Virus record (IMG/VR): IMGVR_UViG_3300037483_001818
Source of the DNA: a virus
Lineage: Duplodnaviria > Heunggongvirae > Uroviricota > Caudoviricetes
Direction: 5' to 3' (one strand)
DNA length: 64,000 bases
The notes beneath the pieces were generated by a model. The model had not been told where the DNA came from. It made no database searches and was given only the letters and a program-made list of their open reading frames with translations. The position numbers and the translations under genes were made by a program. Shown here one piece after another: positions 20,452 through 32,077 of this stretch. How positions within the stretch are numbered: the first letter of the stretch is position 1; every line of letters begins with the position of its first letter.

Positions 20452-21111
20452 TCACGTGGCAACCTCCTGGTAGTTTTGCTTTCCCGGTATCGCGCCGCGG
20501 ATCCCGCCTCGCGGATCGTCGACATCTCCGGCGTAGCGGGGGATCACATGCACGTGCATGTGGGGGACGGTTTGTCCCGCGGCGATGCCGGCGTTGAAGC
20601 CGACGTTGAAGCCGTCGGGTGCTCGTAGTGTCACGATCGCGTTCTGCACCTGGTCGACCAAGCGCCAGATTGCAGTTTTCTCGTCGGCGGTGCAGTCGAA
20701 GTAGGTTGCAACGTGGCGGCGCGTGACGATGAGCGCGTGTCCGAGCGACACGGGATGTTCGTCTTCGAAAGCGAACGCGAGCGACGACTCCGCAAGATGC
20801 ACACGCGCGCTGTCGCAGAATGGGCATGGAGGGCAGGACATTTCTACCTGAACGGGTTTTTCCGCGTGGAACCCGGGCCGCGCCGCAGCAACGCGGACGA
20901 CAACGTCGAAGGTGCCGCGATCTGTCCTGACCCGGACCTCCAGGTAGGTGAACGTATTGTGGCGGAAGTCTACTTCAGCGTACTTCTGAGCGGCCACCTT
21001 TGCCACGCTCCGCGGGCTATCCGTCTCGTAGGTCACCACGATGCGCCGCGCGTGATCGCGCGTCTCTCTGCGCGATGGCACCCAGCACTCTGTGCACTCG
21101 CTCCACGGCAT
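20452..21111 (-). CDS. HIT-family nucleotide hydrolase with extra N-terminal domain
   Basis: CPFC, PVSLGHALIV, GFNVGFNAGIAAGQTVPHMHVHVIPR (HxHxH triad). Confidence 0.92.
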   Translation of the reverse strand: MPWSECTECWVPSRRETRDHARRIVVTYETDSPRSVAKVAAQKYAEVDFRHNTFTYLEVRVRTDRGTFDVVVRVAAARPGFHAEKPVQVEMSCPPCPFCDSARVHLAESSLAFAFEDEHPVSLGHALIVTRRHVATYFDCTADEKTAIWRLVDQVQNAIVTLRAPDGFNVGFNAGIAAGQTVPHMHVHVIPRYAGDVDDPRGGIRGAIPGKQNYQEVAT

Positions 21112-22081
21112 GACGTCAGTTCCTTCCCGGCTGCGGTGCGTGTTGAAGGTGCACGTAGTCCGCGACGAGCCGGGCGGCCTGGCGCCGAGTAAGGCCGGGC
21201 GGATCTTCCTCGGCGAGGGCGTCCTTTTTGTAGCAGCTGCACGTGCCCTGGACGTGCCCTATCGATCCGAGCGATGCGCGCAGTGCGCACGCATAGTGGT
21301 AGCCGGGCAGCAAGGAATGCCGGAGGTCGCCGGGAAGGACCAGCTCCTCGCACCACAGGCATCGGAACGGCTTGTTCACGGGACCTCAGCTATGTGCTCG
21401 GGGCACGTGTGTGTGATCGTCCTCGACGCGGCCGTGAGCCGTGCAGCGAACGCCTGCGCGGCGCACGCAGCGCAGGGATCGACTTTGTCGTCGAGACGAT
21501 GAGCTTCGAGCGCATCGATCAGGAAGGGAATGGACGATCTGCGCACGCGCACGCTGTGCTGGGGGTAGTTGCCGACGCTCTCGCGGACGACCAAGCGGAT
21601 CTCGATGGCCTCGTATTCGTCGCCATAGGGTGTGGATGCAATCTCGATCCCAGCGGGCTGTGAGAGGTCGGCAGCCGGGATCGTGGTGAGAAGCCTGGGC
21701 GCGTGTGCCTTCGTGCGCTCCGCGGTGATGTGATCAGCGACGGCGCTGTAGGCGGTATTGCGGTAGCCGCAGCGGCACGTGTACGTGATGGGCCTATTGC
21801 CAAGCTCGGGCCCGAAGCCGTGGTGGGTGCTCATGGGATTCCTTCAATGCGCATGATTCTGTCGAACTCCACTGACGCCACGTAGAGGCCGTCGACGATG
21901 TAGTCGGTGCCGTAGACGATGGGATCAGCCCAGCCGCGCACCAGACCGAATTGCTCGATGACGAATCGTCGGCCGTTGATCGTCTTGTCGAGCAGCAGCC
22001 AGTAGGCGTACAGCCGCGCGTATCTGGCATAGATGGGCGGTCGCAGGGGAACACCGCTTAGGTCCAATGGGAGAGGGGGCG

Positions 22082-22477
22082 TCACGGGGCTCTCCGTCGG
22101 ATTGCCGCGAGCATCTCGTTACATTCGCGTGTCCACACGTTGTGAACGAGGACGTAGTGGTCGGCCTTCTCCGGCCAGACGAAGCCGTGACCGAAGAAGT
22201 CCCGCGAGCCCAGCTCCTCGCCGCAAATCCGGCATTCCGCGTGGCCCATGTAGCCCATGAAGATGTCGCCGCCAGTCGGGTTTGCAGCCGATCGGGGCTG
22301 GAGCGCGCGGGCCAGCTCTTCGCGATCCACCTGCGGCACGTCTTGCCAAATGTGGTCGCGCGGCTGACCGTACTTGCGTCCGCCGGGAACCACGCCGAGG
22401 ACGTCGAGTAGGTGTCCGAGTCCTCCGTCGACCTTTTCGTCCCAGAAGAGGAGAGGCTTGCCCGTCGGTGGACTCAT
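22082..22477 (-). CDS. Hypothetical zinc-binding protein (YMGHAECRICG..WP..HY..H)
   Basis: Cys/His motif pattern; TGATG coupling. Confidence 0.55.
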   Translation of the reverse strand: MSPPTGKPLLFWDEKVDGGLGHLLDVLGVVPGGRKYGQPRDHIWQDVPQVDREELARALQPRSAANPTGGDIFMGYMGHAECRICGEELGSRDFFGHGFVWPEKADHYVLVHNVWTRECNEMLAAIRRRAP

Positions 22478-24024
22478 CACGGGATTCCAGCCTTCTTGAG
22501 CTCCTTCAAGTCGAAGGCAGAAACGCCCGCAGAGCGCGCGGACGCGAGGGTCAATCCGGCGTTGCGGGCCGCGGCGCAAATGCCCGAGCTGTTGTTGCCA
22601 TGCAGCAGCTGGCGATGGATCTCGGCGAGTGCGACAGCAAAGCCGCTCAGCCAGGCGTCGCGCTCGTTGCGCGGAGCGTCCCGGTTGACGCGCGGCTTGG
22701 CCTTTCTGATGTTCAGCTTGCTCAGAATGCAGTCGCCCAGGCGATACGGGTGCGTCGAGGTCGAGTCGTAGGTCTCGGCGACGGAGGCCGCTGCGATCGC
22801 GCCTTGCTGAAATTCACTGCGTTTCATGGGCGACTCCTTGGTGTCTTGTTGAGGTCCCACACGATGTCTGCCACTGCGGCGCCGTACGTTTTCTTCGTGA
22901 GGCCCGTTCGCCGTAGATGGACCTCGACGGCGCGCTGGGTGTCGCCGAGCTGCGCGTAGCAGTCGCTCCACCAGCCGCACGAGCAACGCGCGCGGTGGCC
23001 GTTGTGCGGCATATACGCGCCGCGCTCGCAGCTGATCGAGATCTTGTGCTGAGCAGTGGGCGTTCTCATCGGCGTGCGTGTCGGCATCTACTCCTCCCTG
23101 GTTTCTTCGATCACGTTCGCGATCTCCTGCTCTTCTTTCGCCGTCAGAATGGGATCGCTGCCATCCTCGAAGTACCAGTACGCGCCGCCATCCGCCGGAT
23201 CGGGCGACTGTTCGGTCTCGACGATGATCTCGCGAGACTCTCCACGGAACGTGATCGTGAGCGTTCTCATGACGGACGCTCTGAATCTCGGTGCGTGAAC
23301 TCATCCGCGATGATCTGGAGCCACGCGGATCTAAACGCGTCCAGATCGAGATCGACGGTATCGTCGACCAAGCGCTCTTGCTCGGCGACGAAGTCGCGAG
23401 CGTTCTCACGGCCGGCCCGTTCGTCGTATCCTGGTGTCAGCTCTCTACGCAGCATGTCTTCAATGCTGAGCAGATGACTGGCGGTGATCGCCGCGACGTT
23501 CAGGTAGCGACCGTCTTCGGTCATCCATGTCTTGGAGCGGATGGAGTCGTCGCGGGTCATCGGTTATGGAACTGGATGCTCGAGATGACCTGGCCGATCG
23601 CGGCCTCTAGCCACTTGGCAAGGATCGCGGCGCCGTTCTCGCGTGCCAGGCGTGCGATCTCTTCGCCAGCTCGCTGCTTGTTGCCGTCCCAGTAGCTCTG
23701 CCAGTCGGGGCCGGCGAGCATTTCGCGCACGCGCTTCTTGACCTCCTCTTCGAGCACGCCAAGGACGATCCGGCGGAACTCGCTGGGCTGTTCCCGTTGC
23801 TCCCCGTAGTGCGAGGTGGTCTTCGACTTGAAGAAGCCCTCGATCTCGGCCTTGAGCATCGTGTTCCACTGCTCGTCGGGGATGACGTCGATCAGGGATT
23901 GCTTGATCTTGTCGCGAACCTTGTCGACGTACGTGGCTGGATCGAACTTTGTGACTTCTGTCGTGCTCATGGTGCTCCTACCGGTTCGGTGGACGGATTG
24001 ATCCCGCTTGTGCTGCTGCGCCTC

Positions 24025-24873
24025 TTAGGCGCCCTTGAACCAGCGACCGATCTCGCTCATGAAGGCGGCAGTCTCGGTACCGTCGCTGATATCGCCGAAC
24101 GGGTTCTTGAACTTCATGTTGCTGCCTTCGAGAAGCGTGGCCTCGTTGCGGAGCCACGTTTCACGATGTTCGAGGATCAACTTCGCGCCGAGCACCTCCT
24201 CCTCCGGGGGCACGCTGTTGTCGTGAAAATGCAAGACCTGACCATCGTCCAGATCGAAGCACATCCTGGTGTTGAAGGCGGCGACGGTGCTGTGCCTGTG
24301 GGCGAGGATGTAGCGATGGCCGGTGAGGCCCCCTGTCACCACGATGGCGCGTTCACGCGCCCAGGTGTCGTGCTCTTCTTCGTTCAGGAACGAGAGCAGG
24401 ACTTCACTGGCAGGTGCGATGGATCCAACCTCGCAGTCCGGGCAACACGGAGTCGGGCGCCGCACGCTGGCGGCTTTCGCGGGTTGTTCGGTGGTCTCAG
24501 TCGCCGTAGCCTTCTCGACGGCATCCGAGATCTTCGCGATGGCAGCGTCGTCAGCTCCCTCAATGACGCTCAGCTTGCCGTCGGAGAACGAGACTGCCGT
24601 CAAGGTCTGCTTCTTCGGTCGAGTGAGCTTGATGAGGATCTTCGACGCCTTCGACAGGGGCGCGGAGATCGCCACCTCGCTTCTGGAGCCTTGGTCGAAA
24701 CGGGCATCTCGATCTCGATCGAGCACCCAGCCCTTGGCTCCGGCCTGGCGCAAGAACTCTTCGACGATCTTCTGCTCGTGCGGCGTCGGATCGTGGACGA
24801 CAAGCTTCGCGCCTCCCTTGCCGTCGTCCTCAAGACGAAAGTCGCCGTTCCACGAAGGAATGTAGAACTTCAC
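24025..24873 (-). CDS. Hypothetical phage protein (282 aa)
   Basis: Long coupled ORF with PTPCCPDC and HFHD motifs. Confidence 0.6.
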   Translation of the reverse strand: MKFYIPSWNGDFRLEDDGKGGAKLVVHDPTPHEQKIVEEFLRQAGAKGWVLDRDRDARFDQGSRSEVAISAPLSKASKILIKLTRPKKQTLTAVSFSDGKLSVIEGADDAAIAKISDAVEKATATETTEQPAKAASVRRPTPCCPDCEVGSIAPASEVLLSFLNEEEHDTWARERAIVVTGGLTGHRYILAHRHSTVAAFNTRMCFDLDDGQVLHFHDNSVPPEEEVLGAKLILEHRETWLRNEATLLEGSNMKFKNPFGDISDGTETAAFMSEIGRWFKGA

Positions 24874-25439
24874 GACGGGCCTCCTGTGACTTCGCCATCG
24901 GGTGGCGAGTCGGCTTTCGATACGCCGAGCTTCTGCTCCAGGACGGCGACGACGTCCGTGAGGTTGTTCGAGCGTGCGACGGCGAGCGCCTCGACGAGCT
25001 TCGCAGGCGAGTCGCCCATCGTTCGGATCGCGTCGACGACTTGCTTGATGGCCTGGACGCCGAAGTTTTCGTTGTTGACGATCCCAGATGCGCCAAGAGG
25101 CATGAGGCTGCCAGTGTCGATGAAACTACCGCCGAGTCCGCCATAAGGGCCGCCCAGAGGATGCTTGCGCATCATCATGAGGGACGTGAGATCGTTCTTG
25201 GCGAGATTCTCCGTCATCAGGATCTCTCGCGCGGCGACGGCGAACTTCTCGACGAGCGTGGCGATGGCGACGGTGAACGCACCCTCGTTCTGATCGTCGC
25301 CTGTCGTGAGGATCCTGATCAGCTCGTCGCGGAGCTGATGAGAGATCACCGATGGTGTATTTTTCTTGGCCGCGCGCGAACCGTTGCTCTCCAACGAGGG
25401 CGCGACACTCTTACTCGCCACAAAATCATCATCCATCAT
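24870..25439 (-). CDS. Hypothetical helical protein
   Basis: AGAAAGGA RBS before MMDDDF; GTGA coupling to the next gene. Confidence 0.6.
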   Translation of the reverse strand: MMDDDFVASKSVAPSLESNGSRAAKKNTPSVISHQLRDELIRILTTGDDQNEGAFTVAIATLVEKFAVAAREILMTENLAKNDLTSLMMMRKHPLGGPYGGLGGSFIDTGSLMPLGASGIVNNENFGVQAIKQVVDAIRTMGDSPAKLVEALAVARSNNLTDVVAVLEQKLGVSKADSPPDGEVTGGPS

Positions 25440-25532
25440 CCCGTTTCCTTTCTTGCTGTCGATCCGACGATCCCAACGGAATCCCAAAATTTTGCCCGGT
25501 GTCCGTGCGGTACTTATGATCGAGTGCCTGCG

Positions 25533-26846
25533 CTACCCCTCCGTGCCAAGGAGCTTGGAGAGGACAGTCAGCGCCGCCCATGCCTTGTCACACCAGCCGT
25601 TCGTGCGGTTCTCTGTATTGAGCGTCGTACGCAGGTCGCCAGCCAGCCATTTCAGCGCTGCTCGGTCCCCATCGCTCAGCGCTGAAGCGCGATGGGAGCG
25701 GAGTTCGGCGAGTGCGGCGTCGCGTTCGCCGACGAGCTTCTCGCGATGCTGGTGCCAGTGGTGACCAGCACGCTCCGCTTCGAGCTTCGCGACGAATGCG
25801 GTTTGTTGCTTGGCGTGCGCCTCCAACTTCGCTACCTGCGCGATCCGCCCTTGGAGCTTCTGCTCGATTCGGAAGAGGCTCTCTTCGGTCGTCTCGGGTC
25901 GTGTTACGCCACAGCAGTTGGTGACGATCGACGTGATGCGCGCTTGCAGCTTGTCGAGGACGCTCATGGTGTCGGTCCGTTCTTCAAAAGGTCGCGCGCG
26001 GTCACATGCTGTTGCGGACAGCGTGCCCGAGTGAGCCGCGTCCGCGAGCAAATCAGCGAGCCCAGCGCGATACGCATCCCTCTCCTCCTCCGTCTTCCGA
26101 AGCGCCGCGCGAGTGGTGGAGAGGTCGGTGCGGAGGGAGTCGCGCTCGGCGCTGGCCATCAGCACGCGCTCTGCGACAGTTTCCGCCGCATCTCCACCAG
26201 CCAACTCGACCAGCGCCTCGCGTTCGCGGTGCCACTGCCATGCGTCGGCGTCGCCCTTGTCGTGCTTGTGCGCGTCACAGACGTACTGACCGCCGACGTC
26301 CCACACGCCGGGCTCTGTGCAGTCGCGTGCGTACTTGCGATGACCACCGCTGCCTGACAGCCATGTCTCAGAGCAGCGCGGCAATAGCGCCCTGCACCGC
26401 TCCACCTCGCCGACTGCATCATCCCGCTCCTTTGCGATCCGCATCTGGCGCGCCAGTGCCGCCTCGTGTAGTCGGCGGGCCTCGTCGCGCTGGGTGTGGG
26501 CGACCGCGAGAACCGCGCCGAACTTTGCGATCTCGACGTTGCTGTCATACCAGCCGACTTGAGCCTCTTGCGCCTCCTTCCTGAGCGCGTCGCGTTCTGC
26601 GATGGCGGTGTCGCGTTGGGTGGTGAGGGTGGCGAGGCGCTCCAGCGCAATCTCGCCCCGGTCGGAGCAGTTGCTCCACTCTTCTTCAACGCCGAGACTG
26701 TCGGCGATCTGGTCTACTCGTTCGTGGAGCGCGTCGCGCTGTTCGATCGTGTGCGTGTGCGCCACGTCCTCGCGCTCCAGTTGCTTCCTGAGTTCATCGA
26801 GCGCCGCCTTGCGGTTGGTGCAGTCGGTCATGGGGTCATCAGCCAT
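25533..26846 (-). CDS. Coiled-coil protein; apparent in-frame fusion of two ancestral genes
   Basis: Junction at (CG)4, 25993-26000; the internal ATG at 25967 overlaps an out-of-frame TGA. Confidence 0.6.
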   Translation of the reverse strand: MADDPMTDCTNRKAALDELRKQLEREDVAHTHTIEQRDALHERVDQIADSLGVEEEWSNCSDRGEIALERLATLTTQRDTAIAERDALRKEAQEAQVGWYDSNVEIAKFGAVLAVAHTQRDEARRLHEAALARQMRIAKERDDAVGEVERCRALLPRCSETWLSGSGGHRKYARDCTEPGVWDVGGQYVCDAHKHDKGDADAWQWHREREALVELAGGDAAETVAERVLMASAERDSLRTDLSTTRAALRKTEEERDAYRAGLADLLADAAHSGTLSATACDRARPFEERTDTMSVLDKLQARITSIVTNCCGVTRPETTEESLFRIEQKLQGRIAQVAKLEAHAKQQTAFVAKLEAERAGHHWHQHREKLVGERDAALAELRSHRASALSDGDRAALKWLAGDLRTTLNTENRTNGWCDKAWAALTVLSKLLGTEG

Positions 26847-27138
26847 AACTATCGCGTTTCCTTCCGCCCGCACGAGTGGGGCGTGGTGTTGGTGTCAGGG
26901 CCGTTCTTGAGCAGATCGCGAGCACGAGCACGAGCCTCGTCGGTGGCCGCGTAGCCTCGCACCATCGTCGCGAACAGGTCGGCGAGGCCGGCCCGATATG
27001 CGTCACGCTCTGCGGTGACAGCGCGGGCCTCGTCGGCGAATACCTTTGCGGTTCGCTCGGCGGCGTCGCGTTGTTTGGTCACTGCCTCCAGCATGCGCGC
27101 CCATTCGTGGCAGTCGCCTGGATTATCGAGATCGACGG

Positions 27139-27654
27139 TCACACGCCTCCATCCGCGCGAATCGCGGCGATGCTATCAAGCGCACCGCTGCTGCCCGTCT
27201 CGGCCGCCAGCAGGTCCGCGATATCGCACGTCTCCTTGAGCAGCGCGCGGAAGTGCTCGCGCATCTCGCAACGCTGACGCTCAGTGCCGTCCTGATCGTC
27301 GCGCGCCTGCTGTAGTTCCGCCCTCACCGCGGCAAGCTCGGTGATGGCGGTGTCGCGTTGGGTGGTGGCCATAGCGAGTTGTTCGCACTTCAGCTTGTGA
27401 TTGCGGCGCAGGCAGTCCTTGTCGATCTCGGCCTGCTCGGCGACGACCCTGAGCGCCTCGATCTCGTCGAGCGCCGCGTTGATGAGCGGTCGCGCCTCAG
27501 CGTGCTCGGGATCGAGCGCGCTCTCGACGTCGTTGCAGTCGAGCGGGCAGCCCATGTACGGCCGATGCGACTTGCACTGCCGCGCGAGTAGCCCGGCGCA
27601 TGCCGCGTCCAGCCGTTCCCACGCGAGCCGCGCTGCCTCCACATCCACGCTCAC
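27139..27654 (-). CDS. Coiled-coil protein sharing the TTQRDTAI module
   Basis: 25-bp exact repeat shared between 26601 and 27343. Confidence 0.6.
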   Translation of the reverse strand: MSVDVEAARLAWERLDAACAGLLARQCKSHRPYMGCPLDCNDVESALDPEHAEARPLINAALDEIEALRVVAEQAEIDKDCLRRNHKLKCEQLAMATTQRDTAITELAAVRAELQQARDDQDGTERQRCEMREHFRALLKETCDIADLLAAETGSSGALDSIAAIRADGGV

Positions 27655-28172
27655 TGTTCCCCCGTGCGCGTGGCGAGCAGGGTGGCGTTGACGATCTTGG
27701 CGCATCGGGCTCGGCATTCGATCCGGTATGCGGCAACGTCGCAGTCCGAGTCCAAGTCAGAGCTCGCGACATCGCAGATTCCGATCAGCCAGGTGTTTCG
27801 ATTCGCCCGTGCACTCGCGCGCAGTTCCCTGATCTGCTCATCCGTAATCGTCTCCGCGGTCACTAGCTCGCTCATGGTGTGGCTTCTGGGGTGACGGCGT
27901 ACGGCTTCGCGCAACCGCCAATGAACTCGGGGCACATGTCGCGGCTGACCTCGACCTGCCAATACTGCTCGCCGTCATGCACGATGACGTCAATGGGCCA
28001 CGACCATTCCCAGCCGTCGCGGCGCGCGTGGCAGTAATCGGCGAATAGCTCGGCGCACTCACGCGGAGACCTCAACGCGGAGTAGAGCGTCGTCTTGTGC
28101 GGGTCCCACGCGTTGTCGGCACGCTCGTCCTCGTCGTACTGCGCGAACTCGTCGGCTCGCCATGCGCGGTAG

Positions 28173-28748
28173 CTACTCATCTTTCAAATCTCCTTGCCCC
28201 GCTGGAGAGCGAAGGGAGTTGAGCAGTGCGCGAGCGCGGTCTCGGGCCGCACCGGACAGCGTGCCCGAGTGGGCCGTATCAGCGAGCAGATCCGAGACCA
28301 TCGCGCGATACGCCTCCCGCTCCGCTTGCACTGCGGCAAGCTCGGCGATGGCAATGTCGCGTGCGGCGGTGAGGGCAGCGTTTTTCTCGCGTAACTGCTC
28401 GTTGCCTCGCTCGCGATCCTCCAGGTCCGACTGTGCGAACCGGAGTTGAACGTCGACGCCACCCTTGGCGCATTCCGCCACAGTCAGCAGCTCGCGCGGC
28501 GTCTTACCGCCTGGGCGAATCAGGACCACGGCGGCGCGGTCGAACGGCAGCGCGAGGCCGACCATCTGAATCTCGACGAAGTTGCGCGCCTCGGCGACGT
28601 CCGCTGCAACGCGAAGTGCGGTGACCGCGGCTTGGATCATCTCGTAGCCTGCGATGACGTCGGGCGTGACGTCCTTCGCAGCTAACTGCTCGGCGATGTC
28701 AGCAACGGCCTTCGCCCGCGCCTCCGCCACGTCCAGCGGAGCGCTCAT
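28173..28748 (-). CDS. Coiled-coil protein sharing the ERxAYRA..DLLAD.AHSGTLS module
   Basis: Module also present in 25533-26846 and partly in 26849-27142. Confidence 0.6.
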   Translation of the reverse strand: MSAPLDVAEARAKAVADIAEQLAAKDVTPDVIAGYEMIQAAVTALRVAADVAEARNFVEIQMVGLALPFDRAAVVLIRPGGKTPRELLTVAECAKGGVDVQLRFAQSDLEDRERGNEQLREKNAALTAARDIAIAELAAVQAEREAYRAMVSDLLADTAHSGTLSGAARDRARALLNSLRSPAGQGDLKDE

Positions 28749-28920
28749 TGATTCGCCTCGGGGTGCGCGGTGCATCGGTTCGGATACCAGCGCAGCATGC
28801 ACGTGCAGTTCTCGCCTTCGATGCCGCGATAGAAGTGGCCTTGCCAGTGGCCAGCCGCGCGCAAGCATGCGCGCCCGTCGGCTAGCTTAGCGTCGCACAG
28901 CGGCGTGCCGCTACGCGCGC

Positions 28921-29292
28921 TCACTGGTGGCTCCAAGTGGAGGCGGACGCGGCTACTTCAATGCTGTCGGCCGCACGAGATTTGAACGCTTCGGGGACGA
29001 GCGCCATGCGCTTGCCCTTCCATCGGCGCGGATCAGGCGCCGCGATCTCCAGCGGTGTTAGGCGGCCCGGACAGGCGGCAGCCGTGCAACGTCGGCTGAG
29101 ATCGGCGCGTTCAGCGTGCATTTGGCCTTTGAGGGTGTTGATGAGCACGGCGTGCCTTTCGAAGCCGACGCCGCACTTGAACGCTTCGATGATCCACGGA
29201 GGTGACGACGCGAGCCTGTTCGAGATGTCGTCGAGCACATCGTCTGCACGGACAGCCTCGATCACGACCGGTTTCTTGCGGAACTTCGGCAT
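28921..29292 (-). CDS. KKPVVIEA-family phage protein with an atypical C-terminus (possible chimera)
   Basis: MPKFRKKPVVIEAV...INTLKGQMHA; the usual GDWII...TYE end is absent. Confidence 0.5.
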   Translation of the reverse strand: MPKFRKKPVVIEAVRADDVLDDISNRLASSPPWIIEAFKCGVGFERHAVLINTLKGQMHAERADLSRRCTAAACPGRLTPLEIAAPDPRRWKGKRMALVPEAFKSRAADSIEVAASASTWSHQ

Positions 29293-32077
29293 CTCATCAC
29301 TCCTTAACCGGATAGGCATGGCTTGTCCCATGTGCATTAGAAGCCTCGTCGCTGACGGCTCTCGGGATACATCCACGAGTACGCACGACGAAACGCGACC
29401 TCAACGCGCCGTTTCGCTGCGCGCAGCGCAGGCTCTTTGCCACGAAGTTTCGGATCGGCATCGACGCCCCACGAGTACACGCGCGTGTGGCCGCGTGGCG
29501 ACAAACCGACATGCCCCATGCGCTGGCCGTTGAGCCAATAGCCGTGAACGCGATGTCCTCGCTCCCAAACGGGGAACGGACGATCCTTTTTGGGTGCCGC
29601 GTTAGTCCACATTTGGCGTCAAGGTCACGGCTTCGCTCCAGGAGCGTAGACATTGGAGAGGTTCAACAGCGCGTCGAGCACGTCACCTTGGTTCCGATAC
29701 GGCAGTCGGGTGTCAACCTCATCGCTGTTCGCCCATGCCGCGACGTGCGTAGCAAGCGCGCGCAGTGCAATGATCTCGGCATCCGGCGCTGGCCCGTTTT
29801 GAGGGATCAGTGCGGCGTCGAAGAAGTGATCGTCCGTGCGTTGCGCGGCGGTGTCGGCGGCGTCGGTGGCGTGGACGTTCGGTGGCTCGCCGCACTCCTG
29901 ACACCAGTCTGCGCCGCGTGTCATGACGTGCATGTTTCGACAGACCAGTTGAATGGCAGGGTTACTCACTGCATTCCGCCGATGCTGGTAGTGCCGTCCG
30001 CGTAGACGAACTCGGCCCGCACGGGATAGTGCTCAGTGCCGGCGTAGCCGGGGATCTCGATCGTGGCGAGCGCGCGAGCCTCGTCGAGGGTCACCGTTCG
30101 TGACCACAAGAGCTCTCCGGTCTTTCCACTGTAGAGCTGGATCTTGAACGGGAAACTCTTCGGCGGAAGGTCGTGGCGCGCGGCCGGTTTGGTCACGGCA
30201 TCGTTCATGGCGTCCTTTTCGGCCGCGGCGCCGGGCCGTCTTCCTGGACGTAGACGAACGGCAACGCTTGCCACTCACCCGCGGTCAGTAGCACGGTCTG
30301 TGTGTCGTCGTCACGCAGTGCGTAGGCGTACATGGCGTCGCTGATCGGCTGACCATTTAGGAGATCACGCATGAACGCGCTTGGCACGAGGTAGCGCTTG
30401 GCCGTCGTGGGATCGGTCCAGACCTTCATGCGAACACGGAGTTTTGCCGCGGGCTCTTCGCTCCGCACAGCCGTAGTCTCTTCGATCTGCGCGGCTGTGG
30501 ATTCCTCGGTCGGCGCGGCTGTGGACTCTTCGTTCGGAGTTCGAGCTACGGCAGCACGCCCGTCGAGCGTTTCGCTCTTGAACTTGATCGTGACCGGCGG
30601 TTCGAGCTGTTCAACCGAATCGTTCGGTGGGGATTGGGTCACTGTTGTCACGGCTGCGACGGCGTCGGCTTGCATGGAGGCGGGCTTCTGGTGGTGCTGA
30701 TGCCGTTGCTTCTTGGACTTGTTCTTGTGTTTGTTCTTCGTCGCGGACGGCACGTCCAGAGCGCTGCTCTCCGCTGCCGCATTGGGCGGACGCATGCTAT
30801 TGGAGTCTCCGTGTCCGTTCGGCGCTGGCGGCTGATCGGTGGTGGTTGTGTCGGTCATCTTGTTCATGTCCTCGGTCATCGCAGCACCTCGCGTTGTTAG
30901 CAGGTCTCGTTTCATCCGCGCGTCAGCCGGTAGCGATCGCGAAACACCGTAGTTTACACGTGCTTGTCTGTGGTGATCTTGAGGTTTCGCAGATAGCCGC
31001 GATGGAGCCGCGCGAGATCGCACAGGGCGGCTCTCGCGCTGCGCCAATGCCGCACGAGCAGCTGGTGGTCTTCGCAATTGTCGGCGCCTTGGTCGTCGCA
31101 TGTTCGGCAGTCGGTCGCCTGAAACCGGCGATCGACCTCCACGAAGATCGCCTCCGCGTCGCGACGCTCGTGCAGCTCGTCGACGATCAGACGCAGATAC
31201 AACCCCGCCATCGACGGCCGGTTGATGCCCGCACGTTCTGCCCACGCGGTCAGCTCCACGTCAGAAAGGCAGTCGGTCGCCATGGACTCTTGTGGCCCGG
31301 CCGCTCGAGACGCGAAGATCTTTGCAATGGTTTCTGACAGACACGTGTTTTCACTGACGAGCCGAGCAATGACCTCCTCGTCGCGGCAGATTAACGTGGC
31401 GGCCTTGGCCAAGTGCTCCATGTTCTTGGAGAACTGTGCGTCGCGCCGCCGGGTGAGATCGTCGCGTCGGGAGATCAGCGAGGTTGTCTCCGCGATGTGG
31501 TGCTCGCGCAGCGATTGATAGGCAGCACGCAGTTCGTCCGGCGTCGCGGCGTCGATTTCGGCGTCGGCCAGTGTCTTGGTCGTTTCGGTAGTCATGTGAT
31601 GTAGCTCACGGCGACGCACATCGCACCGACGTCCGCCAGGCACAGCCACCCATCGGTGGTGGGGTCGCGCCACGCTTGGCCTAGGTAGCGTATGCCAGTC
31701 CTCGGATCGATCTTGTTGTCGAGATCGATTCGCGTTGGATCGAGACGATTGCTAAACGCACGTACGGTCACGCCGTGGCCTCCTGGGATGCAGGCGCGCT
31801 CACGGTGCCTCCGATCGAGCGGCGACGATCTTCGTCGCGACGGCTTCTCCGCGTGGCAGGAGGCGGCGCCGCGCTTCGTGTGTGCTGCCGCGGCAAAACC
31901 CGAACGATGGCTCGCAGAGCTGGCCGATCGCTGCTTTGCACGTGGGGCACGCCACGACGGCAACCGAGGCGTGGGTCTTCCACCACGAGCTGCGTGTCGT
32001 GGGGTTGGCGACGAACGCAACGTCACCGATCACGTAGATCGTATGCGTGCGCTTGTACGTCTTGGCCGCCAGCAGGG

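Noticed and set aside
23797-25146. Long antisense ORFs in the track (e.g. 23797-25146+, 41596-43200+, 10726-11934-)
   Set aside because: Shadows of real genes on the opposite strand, expected at high GC; no motifs, RBS or coupling
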